Source: a bacterium | Lineage (GTDB): Bacteria; Patescibacteriota; Patescibacteriia; UBA2591; MWDC01 | Length of the DNA stretch: 64,000 nt | Assembly (NCBI GenBank): GCA_021158435.1 | Contig: JAGGUQ010000005.1 | Span: forward strand, 527-64,526 | Direction of reading: 5' to 3' | Shown here: piece after piece, positions 8,742-21,541 of the stretch | How positions within the stretch are numbered: position 1 is the first letter of the stretch | Layout of the letters: each line of letters begins with the position of its first letter | Made by a program: the position numbers and the translations under genes | The notes under the pieces: model-generated | The model's database searches: none | The model's input: only the letters and a program-made list of their open reading frames with translations | Told to the model about the DNA's origin: nothing

Positions 8742-10871
8742 TTATTCCTCTTCTTGTTTTCTAAAAACTTGCCTAGGACGCGACCCTTCAGCTGGACCTA
8801 CTGTTCCTTCCTGTTCCAAAAGATCCAACAACCGAGCAGCACGAGCATAACCAATTCTTAGTCTCCTTTGAAGAAAAGTAGCTGAAGCTTTATTTGCTTT
8901 TAAAACCTCTTCTCTTGCCTGATCTAAAAGTTCATCTTCTTCAGCCCCTAATCCTTTTAATCCATTAGAAGCTAAACTCTCTGATAATTCCTGCTCAATA
9001 TCCACATAATCTTCTTGTTCTTGCTCTTGGCTTAAATAACTTACTACGTTTTTTATTTCTTTATCTGAAATATATGGAGCTTGCAATCTCTTTGGTCGAG
9101 AAAGACGAGGAGAAATATAAAGCATATCGCCCTGACCAAGCAATTTTTCTGCTCCAGAAAAATCTAAAATAGTTCTTGAATCAGCCATTGAAGCTACAGA
9201 AAAAGCTATCCTATTAGTAATATTTGCTTTAATTAACCCTGTAATAACATCAACTGATGGCCTTTGAGTAGCTAAAATTAAATGAATTCCTGTAGCTCTA
9301 GCCATTTGAGTTAAACGAACAATACAAGTTTCAACCTCATGAGCAGCAGCAACCATTAAATCAGCCAACTCATCAATTACCACTACAATATAAGGAAGTT
9401 TTTCTACGCCCTCTTGATTATTATAATCTTCTATATTCCTTTTCTTATGCTCCTCTAAAGTTTCAAAACGTCGGGTCATTTCCTTTAAAAGCCATTTTAA
9501 AGCGCTTAAAGCTTTATTTACATCTGTCAAAGGAACAGTTAATAAATGTGGAAGATTTTTATATAGTGTAAGTTCTACCCTTTTCGGATCAATTAAAACA
9601 AACCTCAAATCTGCTGAAGAATTTTGGTAAAGCAAAGTTAAAATAATTGAATTTAGCATTACTGTTTTTCCTGAACCTGTTGCCCCAGCTATCAAAAGAT
9701 GAGGCATTTTAACTAAATCATCAAAATAAACTCTTCCAGCAACATCCTTTCCTAAAGCAAGGGTTAATCTTGACGCTTGCTGAGTAAATTCTTTAAGCAC
9801 CAACAGATCTTTTAAACGAACTATACTGCCTTTCTGGTTAGGCACTTCAATACCAACAAATGACTTTCCTGGAATAGGCGCCTCAATTCTAATTGGATGC
9901 CGAGCCAAAGCTAAGGCAAGATCATTGGAAAGAGAAGTAATTTGAGAAAGCTTAATCCCTTGAGCTGGCCGAAGAGTATATTGAGTAACAGTGGGGCCTA
10001 CTTGGACCTCCCCCATTTCAACAGGGATAGAAAAACTTTCCAAAGTTTTCCTAATAATTTCCTTTGTTTCTTCAATATCTCCTGGATCACAAGTTTTTTC
10101 TGAAAACTCTAAAAGATTAAGAGGATAAGTTGAAGGCGTTGGTTTAACTTTTTTTATAAAATTACTTTCAGCCAAAGGCTCAACATCTTTTTTCAATTTT
10201 AAAGAAACTGTTTTTTTGTTTGAACTAGGTAAAATTGCTTTTTGCTTTAATTTCTTTTTATTTATTTTTACTTTTAAGGGCAAAAGATCTTCTTTTTCTT
10301 CTTGCTCTTCTTCTTGCTCTTCTTTAGGATACCGAGAGCTAAAAATAAAAATAAAACCAGCAGCAATAACTGCCAGAAAAATTACTAAACTAGCCCAAAA
10401 ACCAAAAATTTGAAAAAAGGGCCAAGTTAAAACAAACCCCAAATAACCTCCTCCTTGCTTATTCTTTACTGCTAAAGGATCATCAATTACCATCAAATGA
10501 AGAATTGCTGTTAAGCCCAGAAAAATTAATAACAAGCCAATCCAGGCCAATTTTATTTTATTAAAACGACTTGCTCCAAAGAATATTCTTGCTCCAAAAA
10601 TCAAAACTAGCAAAAATCCCCAGCTTGCCCAACCTAGAACGCTTTCTAAAGCCAGACTCATTTTATTTCCAGCAACCCCAGCTAGCCTTAAAAAACCAAG
10701 CAAAAACACTATAGCAATCACTATTAAAAACAAACCCAATATTTTATACTTTAAAAATCCATCCTCTACCTTCTCCTGATTTTTTGGCTCCATTCTCCTT
10801 TTCTTGGTTTTACTTAACCTAGAAGAACTTCCCTTTCTTTCTTTTCTTTTTCTTGATTTTTTGTTAGCCAT
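8742..10871 (-). CDS. ftsK: DNA translocase FtsK/SpoIIIE
   Basis: N-terminal TMs, RIEAPIPGK, MPHLLIAGATGSGKT, IDPKRVEL, DELADLM, LATQRPS, gamma domain LQRRLRIGYARAAR. Confidence 0.97.
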   Translation of the reverse strand: MANKKSRKRKERKGSSSRLSKTKKRRMEPKNQEKVEDGFLKYKILGLFLIVIAIVFLLGFLRLAGVAGNKMSLALESVLGWASWGFLLVLIFGARIFFGASRFNKIKLAWIGLLLIFLGLTAILHLMVIDDPLAVKNKQGGGYLGFVLTWPFFQIFGFWASLVIFLAVIAAGFIFIFSSRYPKEEQEEEQEEKEDLLPLKVKINKKKLKQKAILPSSNKKTVSLKLKKDVEPLAESNFIKKVKPTPSTYPLNLLEFSEKTCDPGDIEETKEIIRKTLESFSIPVEMGEVQVGPTVTQYTLRPAQGIKLSQITSLSNDLALALARHPIRIEAPIPGKSFVGIEVPNQKGSIVRLKDLLVLKEFTQQASRLTLALGKDVAGRVYFDDLVKMPHLLIAGATGSGKTVMLNSIILTLLYQNSSADLRFVLIDPKRVELTLYKNLPHLLTVPLTDVNKALSALKWLLKEMTRRFETLEEHKKRNIEDYNNQEGVEKLPYIVVVIDELADLMVAAAHEVETCIVRLTQMARATGIHLILATQRPSVDVITGLIKANITNRIAFSVASMADSRTILDFSGAEKLLGQGDMLYISPRLSRPKRLQAPYISDKEIKNVVSYLSQEQEQEDYVDIEQELSESLASNGLKGLGAEEDELLDQAREEVLKANKASATFLQRRLRIGYARAARLLDLLEQEGTVGPAEGSRPRQVFRKQEEE

Positions 10872-10935
10872 AATAAAATAAATATAAAGTATCTATACCT
10901 TCTTAGTATATCATTATAACAAAGAAAATAAAGTG

Positions 10936-10963
10936 AAAAAGCCCCTTTTCCAAGGAGCTTTTT
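10936..10963 (-). terminator. Intrinsic terminator after rpoC
   Basis: Minus strand AAAAAGCTCCTT-GGAA-AAGGGGCTTTTT. Confidence 0.75.
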
Positions 10964-10994
10964 CCACTATTTAATATCAAAAATTAACTCAATA

Positions 10995-13900
10995 TTACTT
11001 CTTTTTTTGTTCTTTTTTTGTCTTTTCTTCTTTATCCTTTTTAGGTTGTATATTAACTGGAATAAGCTGACCAACAATTACATTTTCTTTTAATCCTCTG
11101 AAATAATCCTTTTTCCCAGTAACTGCTGCATTGATAAGGACGCGAGAAGTTTCCTGGAAAGAAGCTGCAGCTAGCCAAGAATCTGTGCTCAAAGAAACTC
11201 GAGATATTCCCAAAAGCAATTCTCTTCCTTTGGCTAATTGAGCATTTTTATTCTTTTTCAAAGCCTCTTCATTCATTTCCTCAAAATATGCTCGAGGAAC
11301 TATTTCTCCAGGCAATAAATCTGTGTCTCCTCCATCAACAACTAAAAGGCGGGAGAACATCTGGCGAACAATTACCTCAATGTGCTTTGGATTAATTGTC
11401 TGGCCATAAGAACTGTAAACATATTGTATTTCTCTCAAGATGTATTTCTGAGTGTCAAGTTTTCCTTTCAAACTATAATATTCATGTAAATCTAAATGCC
11501 CATTGGTTAAAACATCTCCTGGCTGGATCTTTTGTCCTTTTTCAACCCAAGGAGAATAACCAGCAATATCATAGACTTCTGTTCTTTTTTCATCAGAAAC
11601 AAGAATAATTTTTTTATCTTCTAATTTTACCTTTGCTTTAATTTTAGCAACAATCCTTTCTTCTACATCCTTCCCTTTCTGAGCTAAAACATCGCCAGGA
11701 AATACCAACTGAGAATCTCTAACTTTTACACTATATCCTTCTGGAACTTGTATTTCTTGCCTTTGTTTTATATCATACTCAAGTTTAATTTCTTTGTTCT
11801 TCTCATCTATTTCAGAAACAACCCCAGGATAACGAGCTAAAATAGCCTTTCTCTTTGGAGGACGGGCCTCAAAAAGCTCTTCTACTCGAGGAAGACCTTG
11901 AACAATATCTTCTCCAGCAACACCACCTGTATGGAATGTTCTTAAAATTAACTGCATACCAGGCTCCCCAATACTTTGAGCAGCAACAACTCCAACAGTT
12001 GCTCCTAATTTAACCGGCTTTAGATTTGCTAAATCATAACCATAACATTTAGCACATACTCCTCGCCTAGTTTTACAAGTTAAAACTGAACGAATCCAAA
12101 CCTCATCTGGATCAACTTGATCAATTTCCAAAGCAAGCTTTCTATCAACCATATCTCCTTTGGAAGCAATTTTCTTTTTTGTTTTAGGATCAATTACATC
12201 CTTTGCTAAAACACGGCCAAATATTCTTTCACTCCATCTAAGGCTCATTTCTTTACATTCCTCCCTGGTTATTTTTAGCCCTTGTTCATCATGACAATCT
12301 TCCTCAGTAACAAGAACATCTTGGGCAACATCAACTAATCGTCTAGTTAAATAACCTGCAGCTGGAGTTCTTAAAGCAGTGTCAGCAATACCCTTTCTAG
12401 AACCATGAGTTGAAATGAAGTACTCTAAAACACTAAGCCCTTCTTTGTAAGAAGAGATAATTGGAAGCTCTATTAATCGGCCAGTTGGAGAAGCAACAAT
12501 ACCTTTCATCCCTATCATCTGCGTTAACTGAGACCAAGAACCTCTAGCCCCTGAAGTTATCATTGATAAAGTAGTATGCTTAGGTTCTAATGACTGGCGA
12601 CATATTTTTGCAATCTCATCCCCTACTTCTAACCAAACATTAATTACTTGACGATATCTTTCATCTTCAGTTAATAATCCTTGTTCAAAAAGTTTTTCTA
12701 TCTCCTGAACTTTTTTCTCACCTTGACGAATGAAATCATATTTCTTAGAAATGCCTGGAAAATCAGAAATCCCTATAGAAAGGCCTGAACGGGTAAGATA
12801 AAAGAGCGTCACTTCTTTAATCTTATCTAAAACCTCACTTGTTTTTTCCTTGCCATACTTCTCATAACATAAACGAACAATTTCTGCTAATTTCCTTTTA
12901 TCAACAACCTCTGAAAGATTATACAATTCTTTTGGAATAATTTGTGAAAAAATTAATCTACCAACACTGGTTTCAGTTACTTTATCATCATCCTGCTCTA
13001 GTTTTACTTTAATAAGCTGGCGAATGTCTATTTTGCCTGTTTCATAAGCAAAAAAAGCTTCTTCAGGACTAGAAAAAATCTTCAAGGAAGAAGGTCTTTC
13101 CTTATCATCAGCTGGTTTTAAAGAGGTCATCCAATAAGCACCCCAAACCATATCTTTAGGAGGGGTAACTATTGCTTCACCATTTGCTGGCTTCAAAAGA
13201 TTGTTTGTAGAAAGAATAAGGTCTCTAACTTCTTGACAGGCTTTCTCAGAAATAGGCAAAAAAACTGCCATCATATCTCCATCAAAGTCAGCATTAAAAG
13301 CAGGACAAACCAAAGGATGAATTTGAATAGCTTTACCTTCAACTAAAACTGGGCGAAAGGCTTGAATGCTAATCCGATGAAGAGTTGGCGCTCTGTTTAG
13401 CATTACATAAGAATCTTTAACAATTTCTTCTAATATCGGGAATACTTCTTCTCTTTTATCATCTACCATATGATTAGCGCTCCTAACATTATGTACAATG
13501 CCCTCTTTTATTAAACGAGAAGCAATAAATGGCTTATACAATTCTAAAGCCATTACTTTTGGCAAACCACACTCATCTAACTTAAGATTAGGATTAACAA
13601 CAATAACTGAACGGCCTGAATAATCTACTCTTTTCCCTAAAAGATTCTGGCGAAATCTCCCCTGTTTACCTCTTAAAATATCAGCTAAAGATTTAAGTGG
13701 TCGAGCTTGCCCGCTGGAAGCAGATGTTGTTTTGCTAGAACGCATTTCATTGTCCAACAAAGCATCTACTGCTTCCTGAAGCATTCTTTTTTCATTCCTT
13801 AAAATAACTTCTGGAGCATTTAATTCCATCAAGTGTTTCAAGCGGTTATTTCTATTAATCACTCGACGATACAAATCATTTAAATCTGAAGAAGCAAAAC

Positions 13901-14846
13901 GTCCTCCATCCAACTGAACAAGAGGACGTAAATCAGGAGGGATAACAGGAATAACTCTCAAAACCATCCATTCTGGCTTAATTTTGTTTTTAAGAAAACT
14001 GCTTGCTACTTTAATTACTTTTGTAATTCTTTTTCGCTGAGAATCATTAGTTGTTTTCTTTTTTTCTTTTTCCAAATCAGCAATAAGTTTTCTTAAATCA
14101 AGTTTAGAAAGAAGGTCTAAAATTGCTTCTGCACCCATTTTAGCTGTAAAGAAGTGCCCGTATTTTAAGGAAAGATCATGGTACTCTAATTCAGAAAGAA
14201 GTCTTTTTAAAACTATTCCTTTTATTTCCTTTTCTGTTTCCCTGTAAGCAGTAGTAATTTTTTGAATTTCTTCCTCTTTTTCTTTTTTGCTTAATTTCTC
14301 ATCTTTCTTTATCTGGGTCTTTCTTTCTTTAAACTCTGCTTTTAATTTTTCTAATGTTTCCTTTTTTATTTTCTCATCAACTTCAGTAATAACAAAACTA
14401 GCAAAATATATTATTTTTTCTAATGATTGAACAGATAATCCCAAAAGCAATCCTATGTGGGAAGGAACCCCTTTAAAAAACCAAATATGAACTACTGGGC
14501 TGGCTAATTTAATATGACCCATTCTTTCTCTTCGAACAATAGAACGGGTTACTTCTACTCCACATCGCTCACAAACTATTCCTCGATAACGAATCTTTTT
14601 ATACTTCCCACAAGCGCATTCCCAGTCTTTTACTGGTCCAAAAATCTTCTGACAAAACAAGCCATCTCTTTCTGGCTTTTGGCTTCTGTAATTTATAGTT
14701 TCTGGACGAAGAACTTCACCGGAAGACCAAGATAAAATCTCTTCTGGGGAAGCAATTTTTAAAGCAATTGAGGAAAGTTTAAATGACTTTCTTTTCTTTT
14801 GTCTATCTTCTAAAGCTATTGTTTTAATTGAAGACAAAATCGCCAT
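10995..14846 (-). CDS. rpoC: RNA polymerase beta' subunit
   Basis: Zn ribbon [50 protein letters not shown]. Confidence 0.99.
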   Translation of the reverse strand: MAILSSIKTIALEDRQKKRKSFKLSSIALKIASPEEILSWSSGEVLRPETINYRSQKPERDGLFCQKIFGPVKDWECACGKYKKIRYRGIVCERCGVEVTRSIVRRERMGHIKLASPVVHIWFFKGVPSHIGLLLGLSVQSLEKIIYFASFVITEVDEKIKKETLEKLKAEFKERKTQIKKDEKLSKKEKEEEIQKITTAYRETEKEIKGIVLKRLLSELEYHDLSLKYGHFFTAKMGAEAILDLLSKLDLRKLIADLEKEKKKTTNDSQRKRITKVIKVASSFLKNKIKPEWMVLRVIPVIPPDLRPLVQLDGGRFASSDLNDLYRRVINRNNRLKHLMELNAPEVILRNEKRMLQEAVDALLDNEMRSSKTTSASSGQARPLKSLADILRGKQGRFRQNLLGKRVDYSGRSVIVVNPNLKLDECGLPKVMALELYKPFIASRLIKEGIVHNVRSANHMVDDKREEVFPILEEIVKDSYVMLNRAPTLHRISIQAFRPVLVEGKAIQIHPLVCPAFNADFDGDMMAVFLPISEKACQEVRDLILSTNNLLKPANGEAIVTPPKDMVWGAYWMTSLKPADDKERPSSLKIFSSPEEAFFAYETGKIDIRQLIKVKLEQDDDKVTETSVGRLIFSQIIPKELYNLSEVVDKRKLAEIVRLCYEKYGKEKTSEVLDKIKEVTLFYLTRSGLSIGISDFPGISKKYDFIRQGEKKVQEIEKLFEQGLLTEDERYRQVINVWLEVGDEIAKICRQSLEPKHTTLSMITSGARGSWSQLTQMIGMKGIVASPTGRLIELPIISSYKEGLSVLEYFISTHGSRKGIADTALRTPAAGYLTRRLVDVAQDVLVTEEDCHDEQGLKITREECKEMSLRWSERIFGRVLAKDVIDPKTKKKIASKGDMVDRKLALEIDQVDPDEVWIRSVLTCKTRRGVCAKCYGYDLANLKPVKLGATVGVVAAQSIGEPGMQLILRTFHTGGVAGEDIVQGLPRVEELFEARPPKRKAILARYPGVVSEIDEKNKEIKLEYDIKQRQEIQVPEGYSVKVRDSQLVFPGDVLAQKGKDVEERIVAKIKAKVKLEDKKIILVSDEKRTEVYDIAGYSPWVEKGQKIQPGDVLTNGHLDLHEYYSLKGKLDTQKYILREIQYVYSSYGQTINPKHIEVIVRQMFSRLLVVDGGDTDLLPGEIVPRAYFEEMNEEALKKNKNAQLAKGRELLLGISRVSLSTDSWLAAASFQETSRVLINAAVTGKKDYFRGLKENVIVGQLIPVNIQPKKDKEEKTKKEQKKK

Positions 14847-14854
14847 AATTGTAT

Positions 14855-17800
14855 TTAGTTATATTCTTTTTCAATTTGAACATCTAAACACAAGCCCTTT
14901 AATTCACGAATTAAAATATTAAATGATTCTGGTATGTTAACTTCTTGAATTGGTTCTCCTCGGATAATAGACTCATAAGCACTAATTCTTCCTGGAACAT
15001 CATCAGACTTTATTGTTAACATTTCTTGAAGTGTATAAGCAGCCCCATATCCTTCCAATGCCCAAACCTCCATTTCTCCAAATCTTTGTCCTCCAGATTG
15101 AGCTCGTCCTCCAAGCGGCTGTTGGGTTATCAAAGAATAAGGGCCAATTGAACGTTGATGAATTTTATCTTCAACTAAGTGATTTAATTTCATCATATAC
15201 ATATAACCTACAGCTATAGGTTCTGAATAAGGTTCTCCAGTAAGTCCATCATAAACTTTCATTTTTCCATCTGGCCTAAAACCTGCTTTAATCAACTCTT
15301 GCTGAATTTCTTCTTCTTTTATCCCGCTAAAAATTGGGGTTGCTACCTTGTACCCCAATTTTTCTGCAGCTAAGCCTAAAGCCATTTCCAAAATCTGTCC
15401 TAAGTTCATTCTGGAAATAACCCCTAATGGATTAAGAATAATATCTACAACCCTTCCATCCTCAAGATATGGCATGTCTTCTTTGGGGACTATTTTAGAA
15501 ATAACACCCTTATTCCCATGACGATTAGCCATCTTGTCTCCTACCTGAATCTTCCTCATATCAGCAACACAAACAGTGATTGATTTAATAACACCTGGTT
15601 CTAATTTGTCTCCAGCTTCTCTAGAAAAAACTTTTATACCAATAACCCTCCCATGTTCTCCGTGCTCCAAGTACAAAGAGGTGTCTCTTACATCCCTTAT
15701 TTTTTCTCCAAAAATAGCCTGAAGAAGCTTTTCTTCAGCAGAAAGTTCTGTTTCTCCTTTTGGAGTAATCTTTCCTACTAAAATATCTCCGGATTTAACT
15801 TCTGCTCCTAAGCGAATAATCCCGTCTTCGTCTAAATTAGCTAATTTCTCCTGACTTACATTTGGGATATCTCTGGTTGTAACTTCTTCTCCGAACCGGG
15901 TGTTTCTTACATCAACTGTATATTCTTTAATATGAATTGAAGTTAAAATATCCTCTTCGACTAAACGAGAGGATATAATAATTGCATCTTCGTAATTATA
16001 GCCCTTCCAGGGAATAAAAGCGCAAAGCAAATTTCTTCCTAAAGCAAGCTCTCCTCTTTCCATAGCTGGGCCGTCAACCAACAAATCTCCTTTTTTCACT
16101 GTTTTCCCAACATCTAAGTCCTGACTTATTGTCTGGGAAAGACAAGTGTCATAATTAGATCTTGTATATTTTTTAAGTTTTATTGTCTGTTTATGGCCAG
16201 AAGAATCTTTTAATGTAATTTCTCCTCCGTCTAACTCAGTTATTTTTGCTGTTTTATCAGCATAAATAGTATAGCCGGAATTTAAAGCTATATACTTTTC
16301 CATACCTGTCCCAACTAAAGGAGCTTCCGGCAAAATAAGAGGAACAGCTTGTCTTTGCATATTTGTTCCCATCAAAGCCCTAACACCATCATCATGTTCT
16401 AAAAATGGAATTAAAGATGAAGCACTGCTTACTATTTGATTGTTTGCTACATCAATAAAATCTACTTCTTCTCTGTGGCAAAAACCAGGTCTACCCTTTA
16501 CTCTAGCTTCAATATATGGCTCAACTATCTTGTTTTTATAAACTTTTGTAGAATAAGGAGCTATAATATATTTTTCCTCCTCATAAGCATCAAGGTAAAC
16601 TATCTTATCTGTTAACTTACCCTTTTCAACCTTCCGGTAAGGGGTTACTAAAAATCCTTTTTCATTAACTAAAGCATAAGTAGCTAAGTGCCCAACTAAA
16701 CCAACATTTTGTCCCTCTGAAGTAGTAATTGGGCAGATTCTTCCATAAAAGCTTGGATGAACATCTCTAACCTCTATCCCTGCTCTTTCTCTTTTCAAAC
16801 CTCCTGGGCCAACAACGGTTAATCTTCTTTTATGCTCTAACTCAGCTAAAGGATTAGTTTGATCCATAAACTGAGATAGCTGGCCCAAAGCAAAAAATTC
16901 CCTTATACTATTAGATAAGGGATGAGGAGAAATTAACTGACTTGGCATTACTTTCTTCTCAGTAATGCTGCTCATCTTATCTAAGCAAATCCTCTCCATT
17001 CTTGTCATTCCTATTCTAAATCGGGACAAACACAATTCTCCTACCACTCTTAAACGACGATTAGCTAAATGATCTATATCATCCGGTTCTCCTTTTTCTA
17101 CACTTAAACGGATTATTTCTTTGAAAATTGCAACTAAATCTTCTTTTCGAAGAAGAGTTGTAGTTACATCTTCCTTTATTCCTAAACGCTGGTTCATTTT
17201 ATACCTACCTGCAACGCCTAAACTGTATCTGCGAGGATTAAAAAACATTGATTGGAAAAAAGAACGAGCATTATCTAAAACAGGAGGTTCATTAGGCCTT
17301 AAGTGTCTATAAATTTCAATCATTCCCTCATCTTCTGAAGATGAGGGATCTTTTCCCATAGTTGCTTTTAAAATTTCTGCTCCTCTTTCATAAGTTAACT
17401 CATCTTTAAAGGTATCCAAAAGTTCTTCATCTGTGCCTAAACCAAAAGCCCTTAAAAGAGCAGTTGCAACTGACTTTCTTCGCCTGTCAATTCTTACCCA
17501 AACTATATTTTTAGGGTCAGTTTCAAATTCAATCCAAGAACCTCTATCTGGAATAACTTTAGCTCCGTAAAGAGGAATACCTCTATTAAAATCGCGCGTG
17601 AAAAAAACTCCTGGTGAACGGAGCAACTGTTGAACTACTGCTCTTTCTATTCCATTAATAATAAATGTGCCTCTTTCAGTAACCAAAGGGATATCTCCAA
17701 AATAAACTTCTTCTGTTTGAGTGCGATTTTTTTCCTTATCAACCAGTTTAACTTTTACTCTTAAGGCTGCTTGATAGGTTAAATTTTTTTCTCGGCAAGT

Positions 17801-18028
17801 TTGCTCATCAAACTTTGGTTCATCCAAACGGTGAGATAAAAAATATAGACTATACTTTTTACCTGTATAGTCATTAATTGGGGAAAACTCTTTCAAAATA
17901 TCTCCTATCCCTTTTGTCAAAAAGTATTGATAAGAATCCTTTTGGATTCGAGTCAAATCTGTTAATGGCCAAACTTCTGGATATTCAAATGCACTGGGAA
18001 AATATTGACGAGTTTTATTCTCAGGCAT
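14855..18028 (-). CDS. rpoB: RNA polymerase beta subunit
   Basis: [49 protein letters not shown]. Confidence 0.99.
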   Translation of the reverse strand: MPENKTRQYFPSAFEYPEVWPLTDLTRIQKDSYQYFLTKGIGDILKEFSPINDYTGKKYSLYFLSHRLDEPKFDEQTCREKNLTYQAALRVKVKLVDKEKNRTQTEEVYFGDIPLVTERGTFIINGIERAVVQQLLRSPGVFFTRDFNRGIPLYGAKVIPDRGSWIEFETDPKNIVWVRIDRRRKSVATALLRAFGLGTDEELLDTFKDELTYERGAEILKATMGKDPSSSEDEGMIEIYRHLRPNEPPVLDNARSFFQSMFFNPRRYSLGVAGRYKMNQRLGIKEDVTTTLLRKEDLVAIFKEIIRLSVEKGEPDDIDHLANRRLRVVGELCLSRFRIGMTRMERICLDKMSSITEKKVMPSQLISPHPLSNSIREFFALGQLSQFMDQTNPLAELEHKRRLTVVGPGGLKRERAGIEVRDVHPSFYGRICPITTSEGQNVGLVGHLATYALVNEKGFLVTPYRKVEKGKLTDKIVYLDAYEEEKYIIAPYSTKVYKNKIVEPYIEARVKGRPGFCHREEVDFIDVANNQIVSSASSLIPFLEHDDGVRALMGTNMQRQAVPLILPEAPLVGTGMEKYIALNSGYTIYADKTAKITELDGGEITLKDSSGHKQTIKLKKYTRSNYDTCLSQTISQDLDVGKTVKKGDLLVDGPAMERGELALGRNLLCAFIPWKGYNYEDAIIISSRLVEEDILTSIHIKEYTVDVRNTRFGEEVTTRDIPNVSQEKLANLDEDGIIRLGAEVKSGDILVGKITPKGETELSAEEKLLQAIFGEKIRDVRDTSLYLEHGEHGRVIGIKVFSREAGDKLEPGVIKSITVCVADMRKIQVGDKMANRHGNKGVISKIVPKEDMPYLEDGRVVDIILNPLGVISRMNLGQILEMALGLAAEKLGYKVATPIFSGIKEEEIQQELIKAGFRPDGKMKVYDGLTGEPYSEPIAVGYMYMMKLNHLVEDKIHQRSIGPYSLITQQPLGGRAQSGGQRFGEMEVWALEGYGAAYTLQEMLTIKSDDVPGRISAYESIIRGEPIQEVNIPESFNILIRELKGLCLDVQIEKEYN

Positions 18029-18189
18029 AGGTTAGTGTAAATTTAGTAGGCAAGATTAAATAAGTAAAAAAATAAAACAATAAAAAATAACACTAAGAGC
18101 CCTTAGCAAAAGTCTTTTCTAAAAAGAATATTTTATTTTATTATACTTTTTCCACTTTAACCTTTTTTGTAAAATTTGTCAAGAGTCTT

Positions 18190-18215
18190 AAAATGCCCAT
18201 TATTAATGGGCAAAA
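18190..18215 (-). terminator. Probable intrinsic terminator after murE
   Basis: TGCCCATT-3nt-AATGGGCA hairpin followed by TTTT on the minus strand. Confidence 0.6.
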
Positions 18216-18231
18216 CGAAGCTTTCCACAAA

Positions 18232-19584
18232 TTATCCACAATCTAATTTTTTGTTTTTTAAAATTTCTAAACAAACCTGCTTATCATTCCAAGGAATTTG
18301 AGTATTATTTGGTCCCATAATTGCCAATTCTGAACCCTTACCAGTAATTACAATTTTATCTTTTGGCTTGGCTAAAGAAATTGCTTTTTCAATTGCTTTT
18401 TTTCTATCTAAAACCTTAAACAAATTTTTCCCTAAAGATTGAAGAGATTCCTTTTTTATTCCTTTTTCTATATCTAGAATAATCTTTTCTGGATCTTCAT
18501 CATAAGGATCTTCATTGGTTAAAATAATATCCTGACAATAATTAAAAGCAATTTCTCCTAATTTTTCTCTTTTCCATTTATCCCTTCCCCCACCAGCAGA
18601 TCCTAAAACACAAATTAATTTACTTTTATCCTGAGACAATGTCTGATAAACCTTTTCCAATTCTTCAGGAGTATGAGCATAATCAATATAAACACTAAAA
18701 GGTTCTTTTAAAATACATTCCATTCTACCTGGAACTGATTTTATCTTTTCTAAACATTCTTTAAAAACACCAAAACTAAGCCCGGCAAAATCAGCTAAAC
18801 ACAAACTAGCCAAAACATTGTAAACATTAAACTCTCCAGGTAAATAAGATTTAAATTTATAACCTAGAACTTCAAATTCTATATAATCTTCATAAATACA
18901 AATATTTTCTGCTTTAAAAACTTTAACATGCCTCTTTTCTAATAAATCTTTACTTGCTTTAATCTTTCCTAAAGTATAACCATAATATTTGTCCGCCCTA
19001 AAACTAAGGAAATAATCCGCAAAATCATCATCTAAATTCACTACTATTACTTTAGGAATTTTTTCTCCTTTAATCATTTTCCGAGGACAACGAGAAAGAT
19101 AAGCAAACAATTCCCCTTTTGCTCTTTTATAATTTTCAAAACCTTTATGAGCCTCTATATGTTCTGGGGAAAGGTTAGTAAAAGCAACTACATCATAATT
19201 AACTGCTAAATGTCTTGCCTGAATAATTCCCTGAGAAGACGTTTCTATTATTGCAAATTCCTTATTAGATTTTACCATCTTATAAAGAGCACGAGATAAA
19301 AAAAACCGACCAGGCATGGTCATTTTAAGAGAATTAGGAATTTGTTTATCCCCTATCTTAAAACTAATTGTTGAAACCCAACCAGTTTTTATCCCAGCTA
19401 ATTCAAATATATTACCAGTCAACCAAACAACTGTAGACTTACCTGCTGTTCCAGTAACTCCAATCACCTTCAGTTTTGAACAAGGATTAAAATAAAGTAA
19501 AACAGAAAAACGAGCTAAAAAATAGTGGTAAAAATATAAGAGTTTTGAAGGAATTAACTTCTTTAATAAAGATTTAAAATTCAT
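18232..19584 (-). CDS. murE: MurE-type UDP-MurNAc-tripeptide ligase
   Basis: VIGVTGTAGKST, ETSSQG, FTNLSPEHIE, VPGRME, IDYAHTP, GGGRDKWKR, TNEDPYDE, ITGKGSE. Confidence 0.85.
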   Translation of the reverse strand: MNFKSLLKKLIPSKLLYFYHYFLARFSVLLYFNPCSKLKVIGVTGTAGKSTVVWLTGNIFELAGIKTGWVSTISFKIGDKQIPNSLKMTMPGRFFLSRALYKMVKSNKEFAIIETSSQGIIQARHLAVNYDVVAFTNLSPEHIEAHKGFENYKRAKGELFAYLSRCPRKMIKGEKIPKVIVVNLDDDFADYFLSFRADKYYGYTLGKIKASKDLLEKRHVKVFKAENICIYEDYIEFEVLGYKFKSYLPGEFNVYNVLASLCLADFAGLSFGVFKECLEKIKSVPGRMECILKEPFSVYIDYAHTPEELEKVYQTLSQDKSKLICVLGSAGGGRDKWKREKLGEIAFNYCQDIILTNEDPYDEDPEKIILDIEKGIKKESLQSLGKNLFKVLDRKKAIEKAISLAKPKDKIVITGKGSELAIMGPNNTQIPWNDKQVCLEILKNKKLDCG

Positions 19585-19592
19585 TTATTTTA

Positions 19593-20168
19593 CTACTTTA
19601 TCACCTTATCAATAATCCCGTAAGCTTTAGCTTGTTCAGCGGTCATATAAAAATCTCTATCTGTATCTCGAACAATCTTTTTTAAAGACTGACCAGTATG
19701 TTTAGCTAGAATATGATTAATCCTATCTCTTACCTTCAAAATGTGTTCTGCTCTTATTTTAATATCTATTGCTGCGCCCTCAGTTCCTCCCATAACCTGA
19801 TGAAGCATTATCTCAGCATTGGGTAAAGCAAACCTTTTATTCTTTGCTCCAGCAGCTAAAAGTACTGCTCCCATTGAGGCAGCTGTTCCAACACAAATTG
19901 TAACAACATCAGGTTTAACATATCTCATTGTATCATAAATTGCCAATCCAGCAGTAACTGAACCTCCTGGTGTGTTCAAATACAATTTTATATCTTTATT
20001 CTTGTCTTCACTTTCCAAAAACAAAAGCTGAGCAATAACAGTATTTGCTACAGCATCATCAATAGGTGAGCCAAGAAAGATTATCCTTTCCTTAAGTAAA
20101 CGGGAATAAATATCATAAGCACGTTCTCCAAAATCAGATTTTTCAACAACAGTTGGGATAAGATGCAT
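19593..20168 (-). CDS. clpP: ATP-dependent Clp protease proteolytic subunit
   Basis: [41 protein letters not shown]. Confidence 0.98.
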   Translation of the reverse strand: MHLIPTVVEKSDFGERAYDIYSRLLKERIIFLGSPIDDAVANTVIAQLLFLESEDKNKDIKLYLNTPGGSVTAGLAIYDTMRYVKPDVVTICVGTAASMGAVLLAAGAKNKRFALPNAEIMLHQVMGGTEGAAIDIKIRAEHILKVRDRINHILAKHTGQSLKKIVRDTDRDFYMTAEQAKAYGIIDKVIK

Positions 20169-20269
20169 AGGCTAAATATTTATAACTACTATATAAACTA
20201 TTCTTAGCTTAGAAATCCTATTGTTTTTGTCAAGAGGTTCTTTATAATGAAAAAAATAAAAAATTATAT

Positions 20270-21232
20270 ATGGCTGAAAAAAATTCAAAAAACCTAAATT
20301 ATGTTTTCTGGGGAACTGCCTTATTTGGGGCAATCATTTTAGAAGAACTTGTAAAAAATAATCTTTTTCCACATGCTGTTATTACTCAACCAGATAAACC
20401 TCAAGGAAGAGGGAAAAAGGTATCTTTTTCACCAGTAAAAGAAATTTCTTTAAAATACAACTTAAAAGTTCTTCAACCTGAAGATATTAGCAATAACCTT
20501 CAATTTGTAAACTTGCTAAAAAAGTTTAAACCTGAATTGTTCATCTTAGCTGGTTATGGGAAAATTCTTCCCCTTGAAATAATTAATCTTCCTCAATTTG
20601 GATCACTTAATATTCATCCATCTCTTTTGCCAAAATATCGTGGCGCTTCTCCTGTCCAATTTACAATTTTAAATAATGACAAAATAACAGGAATTTCCAT
20701 CATCCTAATGGATGAAAAAATGGATCACGGCCCAATTGTTGCTCAAGAAAAAATAAAAATAAACCCCAAATCAATAACTGCCCCAGAACTATCTTCTAAA
20801 TTAGCCTACTTGTCAGCAAAAACTCTCCTAAAAACTATTCCTTTATGGTTAAACAAAAAAATAACTCCTATTCCTCAAAAAGACAGCCAAGCAACTTATA
20901 CAAAAATAATTCAAAAAAAACATGGAGAAATTAATTGGAACAATTCAGCAGAGTTTATTGAAAGAATGACCAGAGCTTTTACTCCCTGGCCATCAGCTTA
21001 TACAAAATGGGATAATAAAATAATAAAAATTCTTAAAGCAAAAGTTGTAAAAAACCAAATAAAAAAAACAACTCCAGGCAGAGTGTTCTTAAATGAAAAT
21101 AAGGAATTTTGTATAGGAACAGGACAAGGTATTCTTATTGTTGAAAAAATTCAAATTCAAGGGAAAAAGCCTGTAAGTGCTAAAGATTTTTTAAATGGCT
21201 ATCAACAAATAATTGGCGCAATACTCGGCTAA
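20270..21232 (+). CDS. fmt: Methionyl-tRNA formyltransferase
   Basis: VITQPDKPQGRG, LNIHPSLLPKYRGASP, MDHGPI, RAFTPWP. Confidence 0.96.
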   Translation: MAEKNSKNLNYVFWGTALFGAIILEELVKNNLFPHAVITQPDKPQGRGKKVSFSPVKEISLKYNLKVLQPEDISNNLQFVNLLKKFKPELFILAGYGKILPLEIINLPQFGSLNIHPSLLPKYRGASPVQFTILNNDKITGISIILMDEKMDHGPIVAQEKIKINPKSITAPELSSKLAYLSAKTLLKTIPLWLNKKITPIPQKDSQATYTKIIQKKHGEINWNNSAEFIERMTRAFTPWPSAYTKWDNKIIKILKAKVVKNQIKKTTPGRVFLNENKEFCIGTGQGILIVEKIQIQGKKPVSAKDFLNGYQQIIGAILG

Positions 21233-21235
21233 ATT

Positions 21236-21529
21236 TTAACCTTTAACAAGTATAAACTTTACTTTAGGAACTCTAAAAGATCTAATACTTTGCCCTAAAA
21301 CATAACGGAAATACTTCTTGTTTTCCTGAAAAATTTCCTCAACCTTTTCTCTTTTTTCCAAAGGATAAACATTAAAATAAACACGTGCTTGTTCCAAATC
21401 TTTGTCTATTTTCACCTCTATAATATTCACTAGTACGTCCTCCCCTATTTCTTCTTCAATAAAACTTTGAACTTTTTCTGCAATAACCCTCTTAATTTTC
21501 TTAACCAATCTTTGCTGATAATAAGACAT
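21236..21529 (-). CDS. rbfA: Ribosome-binding factor A
   Basis: 97 aa with VKIDKDLEQARVYF and R..L...IRSFRVPKVKF pattern. Confidence 0.75.
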   Translation of the reverse strand: MSYYQQRLVKKIKRVIAEKVQSFIEEEIGEDVLVNIIEVKIDKDLEQARVYFNVYPLEKREKVEEIFQENKKYFRYVLGQSIRSFRVPKVKFILVKG

Positions 21530-21541
21530 ATTTAAATTATT

